Sequence record: SRR22947727_2971
Strand: one strand, 5' to 3'
Length of the DNA stretch: 34,513 nucleotides
Shown one piece after another: positions 18,827 through 28,808 of this stretch (its first letter is position 1; every line of letters starts with the position of its first letter). Below the pieces are notes generated by a model, which saw only the letters and a list, made by a program, of their open reading frames with translations, did no database searches and was not told where the DNA came from. The translations under genes were made by a program, and so were the position numbers.

Positions 18827-20965
18827 ATGAAGAAGATGAAAAAGAATTTTATATTAGTCTGTTCCGTTGTTTTATTTGCTTTTGTCTCTTGTAGTTTCAC
18901 AAAAAGTATTAGTGAGACTTCAGATAAAGACAAACTTTTACTAGAGCTGATTAGTTATGTGTTGGAAAGGCTACACTTTGAACCTACAGCAGTAAATGAC
19001 GCATTTTCAGAACGAGTTTACGATAATTTTATAGGAGGGTTAGACCCTATGAAGCGTTATTTTTTAGCTTCCGACTTAGAAATATTCGAGGCGTACAAAA
19101 CCCAAATAGACGATCAGATTAAAGGAATAGACATTAGTTTTTTTAACCTAGTTTACGAGCGTTTAATCTATAGAATAGACGAGTCTAAAGACCTTTATCA
19201 GAAAGTACTTAATGCGCCTTATGATTTTTCTGAAGTAGATTCACTGGTTGTAGATTATGACTTATTGCCTTATGCAGCATCCAAAAAAGAATTGGAGGCC
19301 CGTTGGAGGTTGCAATTAAAATATGTGTCTTTAGGCACCTATTTTGCCTCAATAGAGAATGAGGCCTTGAAAGCTACTGAAGATACAGCATATACCCCTA
19401 AAGATGTGATTGTGCTGGAATCAGAGGCAAGGGCAAAAACAAAAGAGAGCCTTGAAGAGTACTTTGATTTTGTAGCAGACTTAGAAAGAAAAGATTGGTT
19501 TGTGCAGTATTTGAACAGTATTGTAGAGACCTATGACCCCCACACTTTTTATTTTGCTCCAGAAGAAAAAGACAGGTTTGACATGGATATGTCGGGTAAA
19601 TTCGAAGGAATTGGCGCCAGGCTTCAAAAGCGTAAAGACCAAACGAAAATTGTGGAAATAATTTCTGGCGGTCCTGTTTGGAGGGACCAAAACATTGAGG
19701 TAGGGGATGAGATCATTAAAGTGGGACAATCAGGAGAGGACCCAGTAGATATTGTGGGAATGCGATTAGACGACGCTATAAAGCTTATCAAAGGTCCAAA
19801 GGGCTCATTGGTAGATCTGACCGTAAAAAAAGTTGATGGTTCCATACAAGTGATTTCTATTACCAGAGATGTGGTTAAATTAGAGGAGACTTTTGCTAAA
19901 ACAGCTACGGTTAATCAAGGAGATTACAAATACGGTCTGATCAATTTACCCAAGTTTTATGTAGATTTTGAAGATTATAACGAGAGAAATGCGGCTAGCG
20001 ATATTGCGGCTGAATTAGAAAAATTAAAAGCTGAAGGGGCTCAAGGGCTTATTTTAGACCTAAGAGACAATGGAGGGGGGTCCTTAAAAACAGTGGTAGA
20101 TATTGCAGGTTTATTTATTAAAGACGGACCAGTTGTACAAGTTAAAACAGGACAAGAGAAAATAGAATTGTACGAAGACACAGACAATCGTTTGGTTTGG
20201 GACGGTCCTTTGGTCATATTGGTTAATGAATTGTCTGCGTCTGCCTCAGAAATTTTAGCAGCTGCTATGCAAGATTACAAAAGGGCTGTAGTGATAGGAA
20301 GTAAACAGACTTTTGGAAAAGGAACGGTTCAGAATGTAGTGCCTTTAAATAATATTGTCAGGAGCAGTGAATTTGGAGATTTGGGGGCTTTAAAGTTAAC
20401 TACCCAGAAATTTTACAGAATTAACGGAGGCTCTACCCAATTAAAAGGAGTGATGAGTGATGTGGTTGTTCCAGACAAGTACAGTTATTTAGATATTGGC
20501 GAAAGAGATATGGACCACCCTATGGCTTGGGATAAAATTCCTGAAGCAGATTATGCCCCTTGGGAAGGATATATTGATTTTGAAAACACCATTGCCAATT
20601 CTAAAAAGAGAATGGAAGCCAATCCGCAATTAATGCTTATTGAGGAGAACGCTAAGTGGTTAAAATCCCAACAAGACAATAAAAAAGTTTCTTTGCTTTA
20701 CGAAGATTATGTGACAGAGGTAAAATTAGATAAAGAGAAAGCGGCTTATTTTAAGCAAATAGCTAAGTACGATTCTAAATTGACTTTTCAATCTTTAGAC
20801 GTAGAGAAAACAATGCTAGCCCAAGATGCAGAGCTCAGAGAGAAAAGAGACCGTTGGCACAGGGATTTAGCCAAAGATGTTTATGTAGAAGAGGCTGTAA
20901 ATGTACTCCAAGATTTAAAAATAAGGTTTACCAATCCATTGAAATTAGCTTCTGTTAAAGGCTAA
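18827..20965 (+). CDS. prc: Carboxy-terminal processing protease (S41A, Prc/Tsp)
   Basis: DPHT, PDZ segment GIGARL, LDLRDNGGGSL, catalytic SASASE and TFGKGTVQ, KFYRINGGSTQ. Confidence 0.93.
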   Translation: MKKMKKNFILVCSVVLFAFVSCSFTKSISETSDKDKLLLELISYVLERLHFEPTAVNDAFSERVYDNFIGGLDPMKRYFLASDLEIFEAYKTQIDDQIKGIDISFFNLVYERLIYRIDESKDLYQKVLNAPYDFSEVDSLVVDYDLLPYAASKKELEARWRLQLKYVSLGTYFASIENEALKATEDTAYTPKDVIVLESEARAKTKESLEEYFDFVADLERKDWFVQYLNSIVETYDPHTFYFAPEEKDRFDMDMSGKFEGIGARLQKRKDQTKIVEIISGGPVWRDQNIEVGDEIIKVGQSGEDPVDIVGMRLDDAIKLIKGPKGSLVDLTVKKVDGSIQVISITRDVVKLEETFAKTATVNQGDYKYGLINLPKFYVDFEDYNERNAASDIAAELEKLKAEGAQGLILDLRDNGGGSLKTVVDIAGLFIKDGPVVQVKTGQEKIELYEDTDNRLVWDGPLVILVNELSASASEILAAAMQDYKRAVVIGSKQTFGKGTVQNVVPLNNIVRSSEFGDLGALKLTTQKFYRINGGSTQLKGVMSDVVVPDKYSYLDIGERDMDHPMAWDKIPEADYAPWEGYIDFENTIANSKKRMEANPQLMLIEENAKWLKSQQDNKKVSLLYEDYVTEVKLDKEKAAYFKQIAKYDSKLTFQSLDVEKTMLAQDAELREKRDRWHRDLAKDVYVEEAVNVLQDLKIRFTNPLKLASVKG

Positions 20966-21031
20966 TGATTAATAGCTTTTACGAGCATTGAATGGGGTTC
21001 ATTAATGTATTTGGATTTTAATGTGTTGTTG

Positions 21032-22711
21032 TTAAGAACTACAAGACAATTGACTACAGCCTATTTTGTTTCTGGCCCATTCAGGCCTTTTGGCGTACCA
21101 TTTGTTAAATTCATGTTGTTCTTCATAGGGATTTTGCAGTAGTTGAAACAGCTCTTCAATGATGGAATAATCGCTGTTTTCTGCAGCCTCAATAGCCATT
21201 TGAGCCATATAATTTCTCAAGACATATTTGGGATTTACCGCATTCATTTTTTCTATAACGACCTGATCAGCTAATTTTTGAGTCAATCTAATTTTCGCAT
21301 AACTACTCAGCCATAAAATCCATTTGTTTTTCACAGTACCATTTAGTGCTCTTGGATCATAAAAAGCCTTTATCAAAGAGCCAAAGAGCGCATGGTTGTC
21401 AATACTTAAGGTGCTATGGGTCGTGTTGGCATGGGTGCTGCTGTCGGAGTTAGTGTGTATAGGAGTCGTTTTAATTTTTTCTAAAAATTGATCTGATTTG
21501 AATAGGGCCAATTCCCGGTAAAATAGCGTCATATCTGTTTCTATAAGAGACAGTAGTGGGTCAAGGTCCTCTATAAGTGCATCTAGAACAACACCATTGC
21601 TTTGGCAAAGCCCCAACTTCTCTTTTCTTATCTGAGCGTAGGTTGTTTCATAAGTCTCTTTAAAATGGTCTAAGGCGGCTTCTAACGGAGCGGCATCTTC
21701 TACGATAGGGTAGAGGGCGTTAGCCAATTGATACAAATTCCATAGACCCACCTGATGTTGGTTTCCAAACCTATAGCGACTTTCTTTAGCATCTGTTCTG
21801 TTGGGCGTCCAGTCTAAATCATAAGGTTCCATCCAACCATAAGGGCCATAATCAATAGTAAGTCCCAGTACAGACATATTATCGGTATTGAGTACGCCAT
21901 GAACAAAACCAACACGCTGCCAAGCTGCGATTACTTTTGCGGTGTCTTCACAAACTTTTTTAAAAAAAAGGGTAGTAGCTTCTTTTAAAGGGGCTTTAAT
22001 TTCTGGGTAATAATATTTGATGGTTTGTTTTATCAGTGTTTTCAAAAGCCCTATTTCTCCTCTAGATGCGGGTAATTCAAAAGAGCCAAATCGAATGAAA
22101 TTTGGGGCAACCCTAGCGACAATTGCACCCTGTTCTAAACCGGGATTGCCATTGTATAGCATGTCTCTATTGACTAAATCGCCACTGAGGCATAAGGACA
22201 AAGCCCTAGTAGTAGGAACACCCAAATGGTACATGGCTTCCGAACACAAATATTCTCTAATACTAGACCTCAATACGGCCAATCCATCTGCAGACCTAGA
22301 GTATGGCGTGGGACCAGCTCCTTTTAATTGAATTTGAGCCCAGCTAGACGGGCTGTTCCAGTTTAAATCTTTTGTGTCACCACTAATTTTTAGGCCTCCT
22401 AAGTGAATGGCGCGTCCGTCTCCCAACTGTCCAGCCCAATGGCCAAATTGGTGCCCGCCATAGTTCATTGCAAAAGGGATGTGGCCCTCACTGATTTTAT
22501 TTCCAGTAAGTTGTTGAACGAGTTCTGGGTCGTCTTCTTTAATTCCCAAAGTCTTTAATAAATTTGTATTTAGGTGTATTTTCTGAGGAAAAGCTGTTTT
22601 TTTTGGCTGCGTAAATGAGTACAATGCGCCCTGAACCGCACGGGGATATTCATCCAAAGAAGGATCTTGGGGTAATGACTGTATGAAATGGTCCGGTTGA
22701 AAGGGTATCAT
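21032..22711 (-). CDS. selO: Protein adenylyltransferase SelO/YdiU (Cys form)
   Basis: YGGHQFG, GQLGDGRA, QLKGAGPTPYSR, LRSSIRE, GFVHGVLNTDN, IDYGPYG, NPKYVLRNY, C-terminal CSQLSCSS. Confidence 0.95.
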   Translation of the reverse strand: MIPFQPDHFIQSLPQDPSLDEYPRAVQGALYSFTQPKKTAFPQKIHLNTNLLKTLGIKEDDPELVQQLTGNKISEGHIPFAMNYGGHQFGHWAGQLGDGRAIHLGGLKISGDTKDLNWNSPSSWAQIQLKGAGPTPYSRSADGLAVLRSSIREYLCSEAMYHLGVPTTRALSLCLSGDLVNRDMLYNGNPGLEQGAIVARVAPNFIRFGSFELPASRGEIGLLKTLIKQTIKYYYPEIKAPLKEATTLFFKKVCEDTAKVIAAWQRVGFVHGVLNTDNMSVLGLTIDYGPYGWMEPYDLDWTPNRTDAKESRYRFGNQHQVGLWNLYQLANALYPIVEDAAPLEAALDHFKETYETTYAQIRKEKLGLCQSNGVVLDALIEDLDPLLSLIETDMTLFYRELALFKSDQFLEKIKTTPIHTNSDSSTHANTTHSTLSIDNHALFGSLIKAFYDPRALNGTVKNKWILWLSSYAKIRLTQKLADQVVIEKMNAVNPKYVLRNYMAQMAIEAAENSDYSIIEELFQLLQNPYEEQHEFNKWYAKRPEWARNKIGCSQLSCSS

Positions 22712-22716
22712 AATTA

Positions 22717-23253
22717 TTATTTAAGCCATTTTGAATGCTGCGCTTTTAGCTTACTTACTTTAGGAGAAATTACCACCTGACAATACCCTTGAAAAGGATT
22801 GTTGCTGTAGTAATTATGGTGTTCTTTTTCTGCCTCATAAAATACTGCCTTTGGTTCTAAAGAAGTGACTATAGGTTGGTCAAAATATTCCTTAAGACTT
22901 TGAATGGTTGTTTCTGAGCAAACGCGTTCTTCTTCAGAGGCATAAAAAATAACAGACCTGTATTGCGTGCCAACATCTGCCCCTTGTCTGTTAAGGGTTG
23001 TTGGATCATGTGTGGTTAAAAATATTTCTAATAGTACAGATAACGAAATAATAGTAGGGTCATAATCTACCTTAATCACCTCTGCGTGTCCGGTAAGTCC
23101 TGAGCAAATTTCTCTATAGGTAGGGGTTCCAGGTACGGTTCCACCCATATAACCAGGCACCACATTTTCTACCCCATTGACAAGTTCTAAAACAGCCTCT
23201 ACACACCAGAAGCATCCGCCTCCTAGTATAATTTCCTTATTTTCTAATCCCAT
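22717..23253 (-). CDS. msrA: Peptide-methionine (S)-S-oxide reductase MsrA
   Basis: GGGCFWCVE, TGHAEV, HDPTTLNRQGADVGTQYRS, FYEAEKEHHNYY, GYC. Confidence 0.97.
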   Translation of the reverse strand: MGLENKEIILGGGCFWCVEAVLELVNGVENVVPGYMGGTVPGTPTYREICSGLTGHAEVIKVDYDPTIISLSVLLEIFLTTHDPTTLNRQGADVGTQYRSVIFYASEEERVCSETTIQSLKEYFDQPIVTSLEPKAVFYEAEKEHHNYYSNNPFQGYCQVVISPKVSKLKAQHSKWLK

Positions 23254-24533
23254 TCTTTTAACCTATTTCCGTCTAGTTTTAAAAATATAAAAAGCAATAA
23301 TGTAAATCCGAGCATTCCGGAACCTCCGTAACTTAAATAAGGCAGCGGAATTCCAATAGTAGGGAGTAAACCTAGTACCATGCCAATGTTAATAATATAG
23401 TGAATGCCTAAAATAGACACCACCCCGTACCCAAAAATACGGTTAAAGGAATGGCTTTGTCTCTCGCTTAAAAATAATAGCCTAAGCAACAGTGCAGTAA
23501 ATAATAGGACTACTCCTGTAGTGCCTACAAAGCCCCATTCTTCTCCCAATGTGCTAAAAATATAATCTGAGTGTTGCTCCGGAACAAAATCTCCTTTTGT
23601 TCTGGTGCCTTCTAAAAACCCTTTTCCAAAAAATCCGCCAGCCCTTATGGCCTCTGTAGATTGGTAGGTATTATATCCAATAGATCTGTTGATTTTTTCT
23701 AAAACTTCAGGGTCTTTTTCAAGGTCCAACCAAAGGCTAAAACGATCTCTGTGCCTTTGCTCAAAAACACCGTTAAAAACATAATTTACGCTGGTGGCAA
23801 AAACTACTGAAGTCAGGATTCCTAAGCCTAATTTAGTCCAAGACCATTTTATGCGCTTCGGTTTTAAAATAAATCCCAGACCACCCCCTAAAACAAGGCC
23901 TCCAATACTCCAGATTATGCCCCATTTTAATACGGCTATAAATAATAAAATGGCTCCGAAAACGCCCCAAAATAATTTTAGGGAAAAGCCCTCTCTAAAC
24001 AGCACAAAAGACAAAGCAAAAAACACCAATGCGGAACCAGGATCCGGTTGGGGAATGACGAGTAAAGCAGGAATCAATAAAATGGCAAATGCTATGGCAG
24101 CGTGAAGGGTTTTTTTAATATCAGTCTGTATGTCGCTTAGGTATTTTGCAAGGGCCAAGGCTGTAGCTATTTTTGCCAATTCCGAAGGTTGGAAATTAAA
24201 AAAACCAAGGTTGTACCAGGAAGTAGCTCCTGCAATTGTTTTTCCAAAAACAAAGAGTCCTATCAGTAATAAAAGCGCTGTGAAATAATAAATGGCCGTA
24301 AAGCGTTCAAGGGCTTTTGTGTTGACTATAAATATGAATCCTGCTGCACATAGACTAATCCCAATAAAAAAAAGTTGTTTTCCATAAATGGTGCTAAAGT
24401 CAAAAATACTGCTGTGGTTTTCCGTAACCGTACTAGAGTAAATATTTATCCATCCAACAAACACCAAAAGCAGGTAAAGGCCAATCGAGACCCAGTCTAC
24501 CCTTATTTTTCCTATACTACCACGCATATTCAT
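23244..24533 (-). CDS. rodA: Rod shape-determining protein RodA (SEDS glycosyltransferase)
   Basis: FQPSELAK, QPDPGSA, PEQHSDYIF, EEWGF, GIPLPYLSYGGS. The start may be 24527. Confidence 0.95.
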   Translation of the reverse strand: MNMRGSIGKIRVDWVSIGLYLLLVFVGWINIYSSTVTENHSSIFDFSTIYGKQLFFIGISLCAAGFIFIVNTKALERFTAIYYFTALLLLIGLFVFGKTIAGATSWYNLGFFNFQPSELAKIATALALAKYLSDIQTDIKKTLHAAIAFAILLIPALLVIPQPDPGSALVFFALSFVLFREGFSLKLFWGVFGAILLFIAVLKWGIIWSIGGLVLGGGLGFILKPKRIKWSWTKLGLGILTSVVFATSVNYVFNGVFEQRHRDRFSLWLDLEKDPEVLEKINRSIGYNTYQSTEAIRAGGFFGKGFLEGTRTKGDFVPEQHSDYIFSTLGEEWGFVGTTGVVLLFTALLLRLLFLSERQSHSFNRIFGYGVVSILGIHYIINIGMVLGLLPTIGIPLPYLSYGGSGMLGFTLLLFIFLKLDGNRLKEWD

Positions 24534-26385
24534 TTATTTTAAAGGGCTTCCCGCTCAGAGGTTTAGCGTATTCTTTTTCCAAACTGCTTTGTAGTATTTT
24601 ATTTTCTTGGGCTTTGTTGCTAACACTTCCTTTAAGGTATTTTTCCATCATTAGTGTGGCAATATAGCCGGCATATCTAGAGCCGTAATACCCGTTTTCT
24701 ACATATACAGAAATGGCAATTTCTGGTTTTTCTACTGGCGAAAATCCCACAAAAATAGAATGGTCGGTCAGTTGTTTTCGTTCCCCATTAATTCGGGTAT
24801 AGTTCTCTCCAGTTCCTGTTTTTCCTGCCATGGTAAGTCCTTTGACTTTCAAGTGCTTTGCGGTTCCAGACTCATATACTTTTTGCATGGCCTGAATAAT
24901 TGGGTCAAAATGCACTTTGCCAATACTGGTGTAGATGGGACTTGTGTACACACTGTCCTGTAAGGATTTACCTTCAATTTCTCTAAGAATGTGCGGTCTA
25001 AAATAAAACCCTCTATTGGCTATTGCAGCAGTCATATTGGCCAATTGAATTGGTGTGGTAGCCACTTCTCCTTGCCCAATAGCGTTGGAAATAAAGTAAG
25101 TAGGTCCCCACCTATTGTCGCCATAATAGGCATCATAAAAAGATACTCCGGGAATTCTTCCTGGGGCGCCTGTGGGTAAGTCTGTGCCTAAAAAATCGCC
25201 TAAGCCAAAGCTTTTCATATGCGCTACCCAGGCCTCTAGGCCAACGTCTGAATTAGGGTATTTATTGAATATTTTTTTAAATACAGCTACAAAATAAGCG
25301 TTGCAAGACTCGGATATAGCAGAATATAAATTTCTAGAACCACCCCCACAGTGACAGCTTTTCTTGTCTTTTCCTATATAGTAGCCATTGTAACATACTA
25401 TGGTTTCGAGCGGGTTTATGACCCCTTCTTCTAATGCAGCAAGTCCATTGATTAATTTAAATGGTGAGCCAGGGGAAGGTTGTGCTAGGAGGCTTCTATC
25501 CCAAGTAGGTTTTGCAATTGAGTCATAATATAAGTTGGTGTAATTCCTGGACCTATTTCTTCCAACCAATAAGGAAGGGTCAAAACTTGGGCCTGTAACC
25601 AGTGCTAAAATTTCACCTGAACTGGGTTCAATGGCGACAATGGCCCCCCGTTTATTTTTAAACAACAGCTCTCCGTACTCTTGAAGCTCTTTGTCTAAGG
25701 TAATCTGTAGGTTGGTTCCAGCTTTGGGTGTTTGGTCGTGTGCCCCCGCTTTATAAGGCCCTATAATTCTATTAAATCGGTCTTTTTGTAAGTACTGGAC
25801 CCCCTTTTTACCTCTGATAATAGACTCATATTGTTTCTCTACCCCTGTTTTGCCAATGAGTTCTCCAGAGTTGTAGTCTGTATTGTTCTTTACTTCCCAA
25901 GTATTTACTTCACTGATATAACCAAGTACATTGGCTGCTGAAGTTGTTTTATAGTCTCTTAAGTTTTGTTTTTGAATATAAAAACCTTCGTACTTTCTCA
26001 TTTTTTCTTGGAAAGCAGCGTAAGTTTCTTTGGACAGTTTTGAGACCATAACAGAGGGCAATCTAGGCGAATACCTTTTGGCCCTTTCCATCTGTTTAAT
26101 AAAATTCTCTTGGCTAATATTCAGTAATTGACAAAAAGCCAAAGTGTCACTCAGAGATACCTCTCTGGGTACGACCATAAGATCGTAAGCAGCCTGGTTA
26201 GCTACTAATAATAAACCATTTCTGTCATAGATGTATCCGCGGCTTGGGTAGATTGTTTGGGCACTTATAGCGGGGTCCGTTTTGAAAGCCTCTGGATTTG
26301 AGCCACTAATTTGAAGGCTACCAAGTTTAACGATAAAGCTTATGGCAGCTACTACTAAGACGGAGAAAAGCAATAGTTTTCTCAT
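24517..26385 (-). CDS. mrdA: Penicillin-binding protein 2
   Basis: RGYIYDRNG, GKTGVEKQYE, SxxK (GSPFK), SCN, AIGQG, KTG. Lies between mreD and rodA. Confidence 0.95.
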   Translation of the reverse strand: MRKLLLFSVLVVAAISFIVKLGSLQISGSNPEAFKTDPAISAQTIYPSRGYIYDRNGLLLVANQAAYDLMVVPREVSLSDTLAFCQLLNISQENFIKQMERAKRYSPRLPSVMVSKLSKETYAAFQEKMRKYEGFYIQKQNLRDYKTTSAANVLGYISEVNTWEVKNNTDYNSGELIGKTGVEKQYESIIRGKKGVQYLQKDRFNRIIGPYKAGAHDQTPKAGTNLQITLDKELQEYGELLFKNKRGAIVAIEPSSGEILALVTGPSFDPSLLVGRNRSRNYTNLYYDSIAKPTWDRSLLAQPSPGSPFKLINGLAALEEGVINPLETIVCYNGYYIGKDKKSCHCGGGSRNLYSAISESCNAYFVAVFKKIFNKYPNSDVGLEAWVAHMKSFGLGDFLGTDLPTGAPGRIPGVSFYDAYYGDNRWGPTYFISNAIGQGEVATTPIQLANMTAAIANRGFYFRPHILREIEGKSLQDSVYTSPIYTSIGKVHFDPIIQAMQKVYESGTAKHLKVKGLTMAGKTGTGENYTRINGERKQLTDHSIFVGFSPVEKPEIAISVYVENGYYGSRYAGYIATLMMEKYLKGSVSNKAQENKILQSSLEKEYAKPLSGKPFKINEYAW

Positions 26386-26891
26386 TTTTTTTTCGGGCTT
26401 AATAAGGTAATTAAGAGCAGGCTAAAAATAAAACTAAAGAGTCCAGTGGTAAAAGTTTTTTCAAGGACCAGCATCCATTTAGACCAGCTAAATGCTTCTA
26501 AACTAAAATAGACTAAATGGTGTAAAAAGACTGTTGTAGCTATAAATGCATATCGTTGTGCTATAGGCGCTTGTTGGATTCTAAAACTTTTTTGCTCAAA
26601 ATTTAATCCAAAAATAACACGCATCACTTTTGGTCTTAAGTAAGCCATGAAAACCAAAACAGTGGCATGAAGCGCCAAGGTATCTAATAAAATGTCTAAG
26701 CAAAGACCAAATAAAAACCCCCATGTGATCCAAAGACTTCTATTTTTGTGAGTGGGATAGATATACAAAAGTATTATATATATCATGGGGCTAATGAACC
26801 CAAACAAAGCCATTTTACTGAATATAAAAGCTTGAATAAGGATCAAAAGGATCACTTTAATGGGCAGATATATAGGAAGTTCTCTATTCAT
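26382..26891 (-). CDS. mreD: Rod shape-determining protein MreD
   Basis: Polytopic 169 aa protein with PMIYI and GFLFGLCLD; position between mreC and mrdA. Confidence 0.88.
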   Translation of the reverse strand: MNRELPIYLPIKVILLILIQAFIFSKMALFGFISPMIYIILLYIYPTHKNRSLWITWGFLFGLCLDILLDTLALHATVLVFMAYLRPKVMRVIFGLNFEQKSFRIQQAPIAQRYAFIATTVFLHHLVYFSLEAFSWSKWMLVLEKTFTTGLFSFIFSLLLITLLSPKKK

Positions 26892-27699
26892 CCGAATTAT
26901 TTTCTACCGCTTTAATCTCCTTTTTGAATCGGTTTTTAATTACGTAAACCGGCCCAATATTTTGCATGTCATTGAAGAGTCGAACCTGAATGAGGTAATA
27001 ATTTTTAGCCGCTGTTAGTTCAAAGTCTTCAACGGTGCCTATAAGAATATTTTCAGGGAAAATACTAGACATTCCGCCACTGATAATGGTATCTCCTTTT
27101 TTTATGGGTGCTAGATCGGGAATATCTGTCAGTTGCACCCTATTGGGTTTTTTTCCATCCCATATTAAAGACCCAAAATAGTCAGTACCTTTTACTTTAA
27201 CATTAATTTTAGACTTACTGTGTAAGATGCTTTGAACGGTAGAAAAAGAATTTCCACTGAACTCTATAATACCCAGTAGGCCTTTTTCATTCACCACACC
27301 CATGTCAGTAAAAACGCTGTCTTTTTTTCCTAAGGAAAGGGTGAGGTAATTGTCTATTCCTGTAAAGCTGTTTTTTAGTATCCTTCCGTTAATATATTCA
27401 AAATTCTTTTTTAATTCCGCAGGGTTTTGGTTTAAACCAGGCTTTTCTAGCGCTGTTAATCGCTCCAGCAGTACTTTGTTTTGTTCGCTGAGAAATTTAT
27501 TTTCAGCAGCTAATGAAAAGTAGTCTCCAATACCGCTAAAAAACAAATGAATACCACCACTAATCTGGCCACTTGTATTTAGGTAGCTCGATTTAAAATA
27601 AAGATTTTGACTGGTCGTAAGTCCAATTCCAATGAGTAGGTAAAACCAAAACAACAAACGCAGCTTATTGCCAAGAAAAAAATCTATAATGCGTTGCAT
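26884..27699 (-). CDS. mreC: Rod shape-determining protein MreC
   Basis: TM helix plus coiled coil (LAAENKFL), DMGVV..GLLG, GDTIISGGMSSIFPENILIG. Confidence 0.93.
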   Translation of the reverse strand: MQRIIDFFLGNKLRLLFWFYLLIGIGLTTSQNLYFKSSYLNTSGQISGGIHLFFSGIGDYFSLAAENKFLSEQNKVLLERLTALEKPGLNQNPAELKKNFEYINGRILKNSFTGIDNYLTLSLGKKDSVFTDMGVVNEKGLLGIIEFSGNSFSTVQSILHSKSKINVKVKGTDYFGSLIWDGKKPNRVQLTDIPDLAPIKKGDTIISGGMSSIFPENILIGTVEDFELTAAKNYYLIQVRLFNDMQNIGPVYVIKNRFKKEIKAVENNSDE

Positions 27700-27726
27700 G
27701 GGTTGGTGTTTTCTTTTAGCCTGCGG

Positions 27727-28755
27727 CTATTTCATTAAAATACTTTTGAATTTTTCTAAATTCTTTAAGGAAATACCTGTTCCCCTAACTACGGCTCTAA
27801 GAGGATCTTCTGCAATATAAACAGGTAAATCGGTTTTTAAAGACAATCGTTTGTCCAGACCTCTTAACATAGACCCACCTCCGGCTAAAAATATACCAGT
27901 ATTATAAATATCTGCGGCTAATTCAGGCGGCGTATTTGATAGTGTTTCCATAACTGCGTCTTCAATTCGCAATATAGACTTGTCTAAAGCCTTCGCAATT
28001 TCTCTATAAGATACTTGCACTTGTTTGGGTTTCCCTGTGAGTAAATCCCTTCCTTGCACAGACATTTCTTCTGGAGGGCTCTGTAAGTCTTCTGTGGCCG
28101 CACCAATAGTAATTTTAATATTTTCAGCAGTGCTTTCCCCTACGAAAAGGTTGTGTTGCGTACGCATATAATACACAATGTCATTGGTGAAAACATCTCC
28201 CGCAATCTTAACAGATTTGTCGCATACAATCCCACCAAGCGCAATTACAGCAATTTCTGTGGTTCCACCACCTATGTCTACAATCATGTTTCCTTTAGGC
28301 TCCATAATATCTATACCAATACCTATGGCAGCAGCCATTGGTTCGTGAATAAGGTAGACTTCTTTTCCATTTACGCGTTCCGCAGATTCTCTTACCGCAC
28401 GCATTTCTACTTCAGTAATCCCAGAAGGGATACAAATCACCATTCTGAGTGCTGGTGGGAACCATTTTTTCTTGAGTGATGGAATGTTCTTTATGAACAT
28501 GCTAATCATCTTTTCAGAAGCGTCAAAATCAGCTATAACCCCATCTTTAAGCGGTCTGATAGTCTTGATGTTTTCATGGGTTTTACCCTGCATGAGATTG
28601 GCCTCTTTACCAACGGCAATAATTTTCCCAGTAGTCCTATCTCTAGCGACAATAGATGGGCTGTCTACCACTACTTTATCATTGTGAATGATCAGCGTAT
28701 TGGCAGTTCCTAAATCTATGGCAATGTCTTCAGTTAAAAAATCAAAAAAGCCCAT
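27727..28755 (-). CDS. mreB: Rod shape-determining actin homolog MreB
   Basis: IAIDLGTANT, IRPLKDGVIADF, EPMAAAIG, VDIGGGTTE, LAGGGSML. Confidence 0.98.
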   Translation of the reverse strand: MGFFDFLTEDIAIDLGTANTLIIHNDKVVVDSPSIVARDRTTGKIIAVGKEANLMQGKTHENIKTIRPLKDGVIADFDASEKMISMFIKNIPSLKKKWFPPALRMVICIPSGITEVEMRAVRESAERVNGKEVYLIHEPMAAAIGIGIDIMEPKGNMIVDIGGGTTEIAVIALGGIVCDKSVKIAGDVFTNDIVYYMRTQHNLFVGESTAENIKITIGAATEDLQSPPEEMSVQGRDLLTGKPKQVQVSYREIAKALDKSILRIEDAVMETLSNTPPELAADIYNTGIFLAGGGSMLRGLDKRLSLKTDLPVYIAEDPLRAVVRGTGISLKNLEKFKSILMK

Positions 28756-28808
28756 GGGAAAGATGTTAAATTGCTTGGTCTAAGTTAGTGATAACGAAGG
28801 TAATAAAA

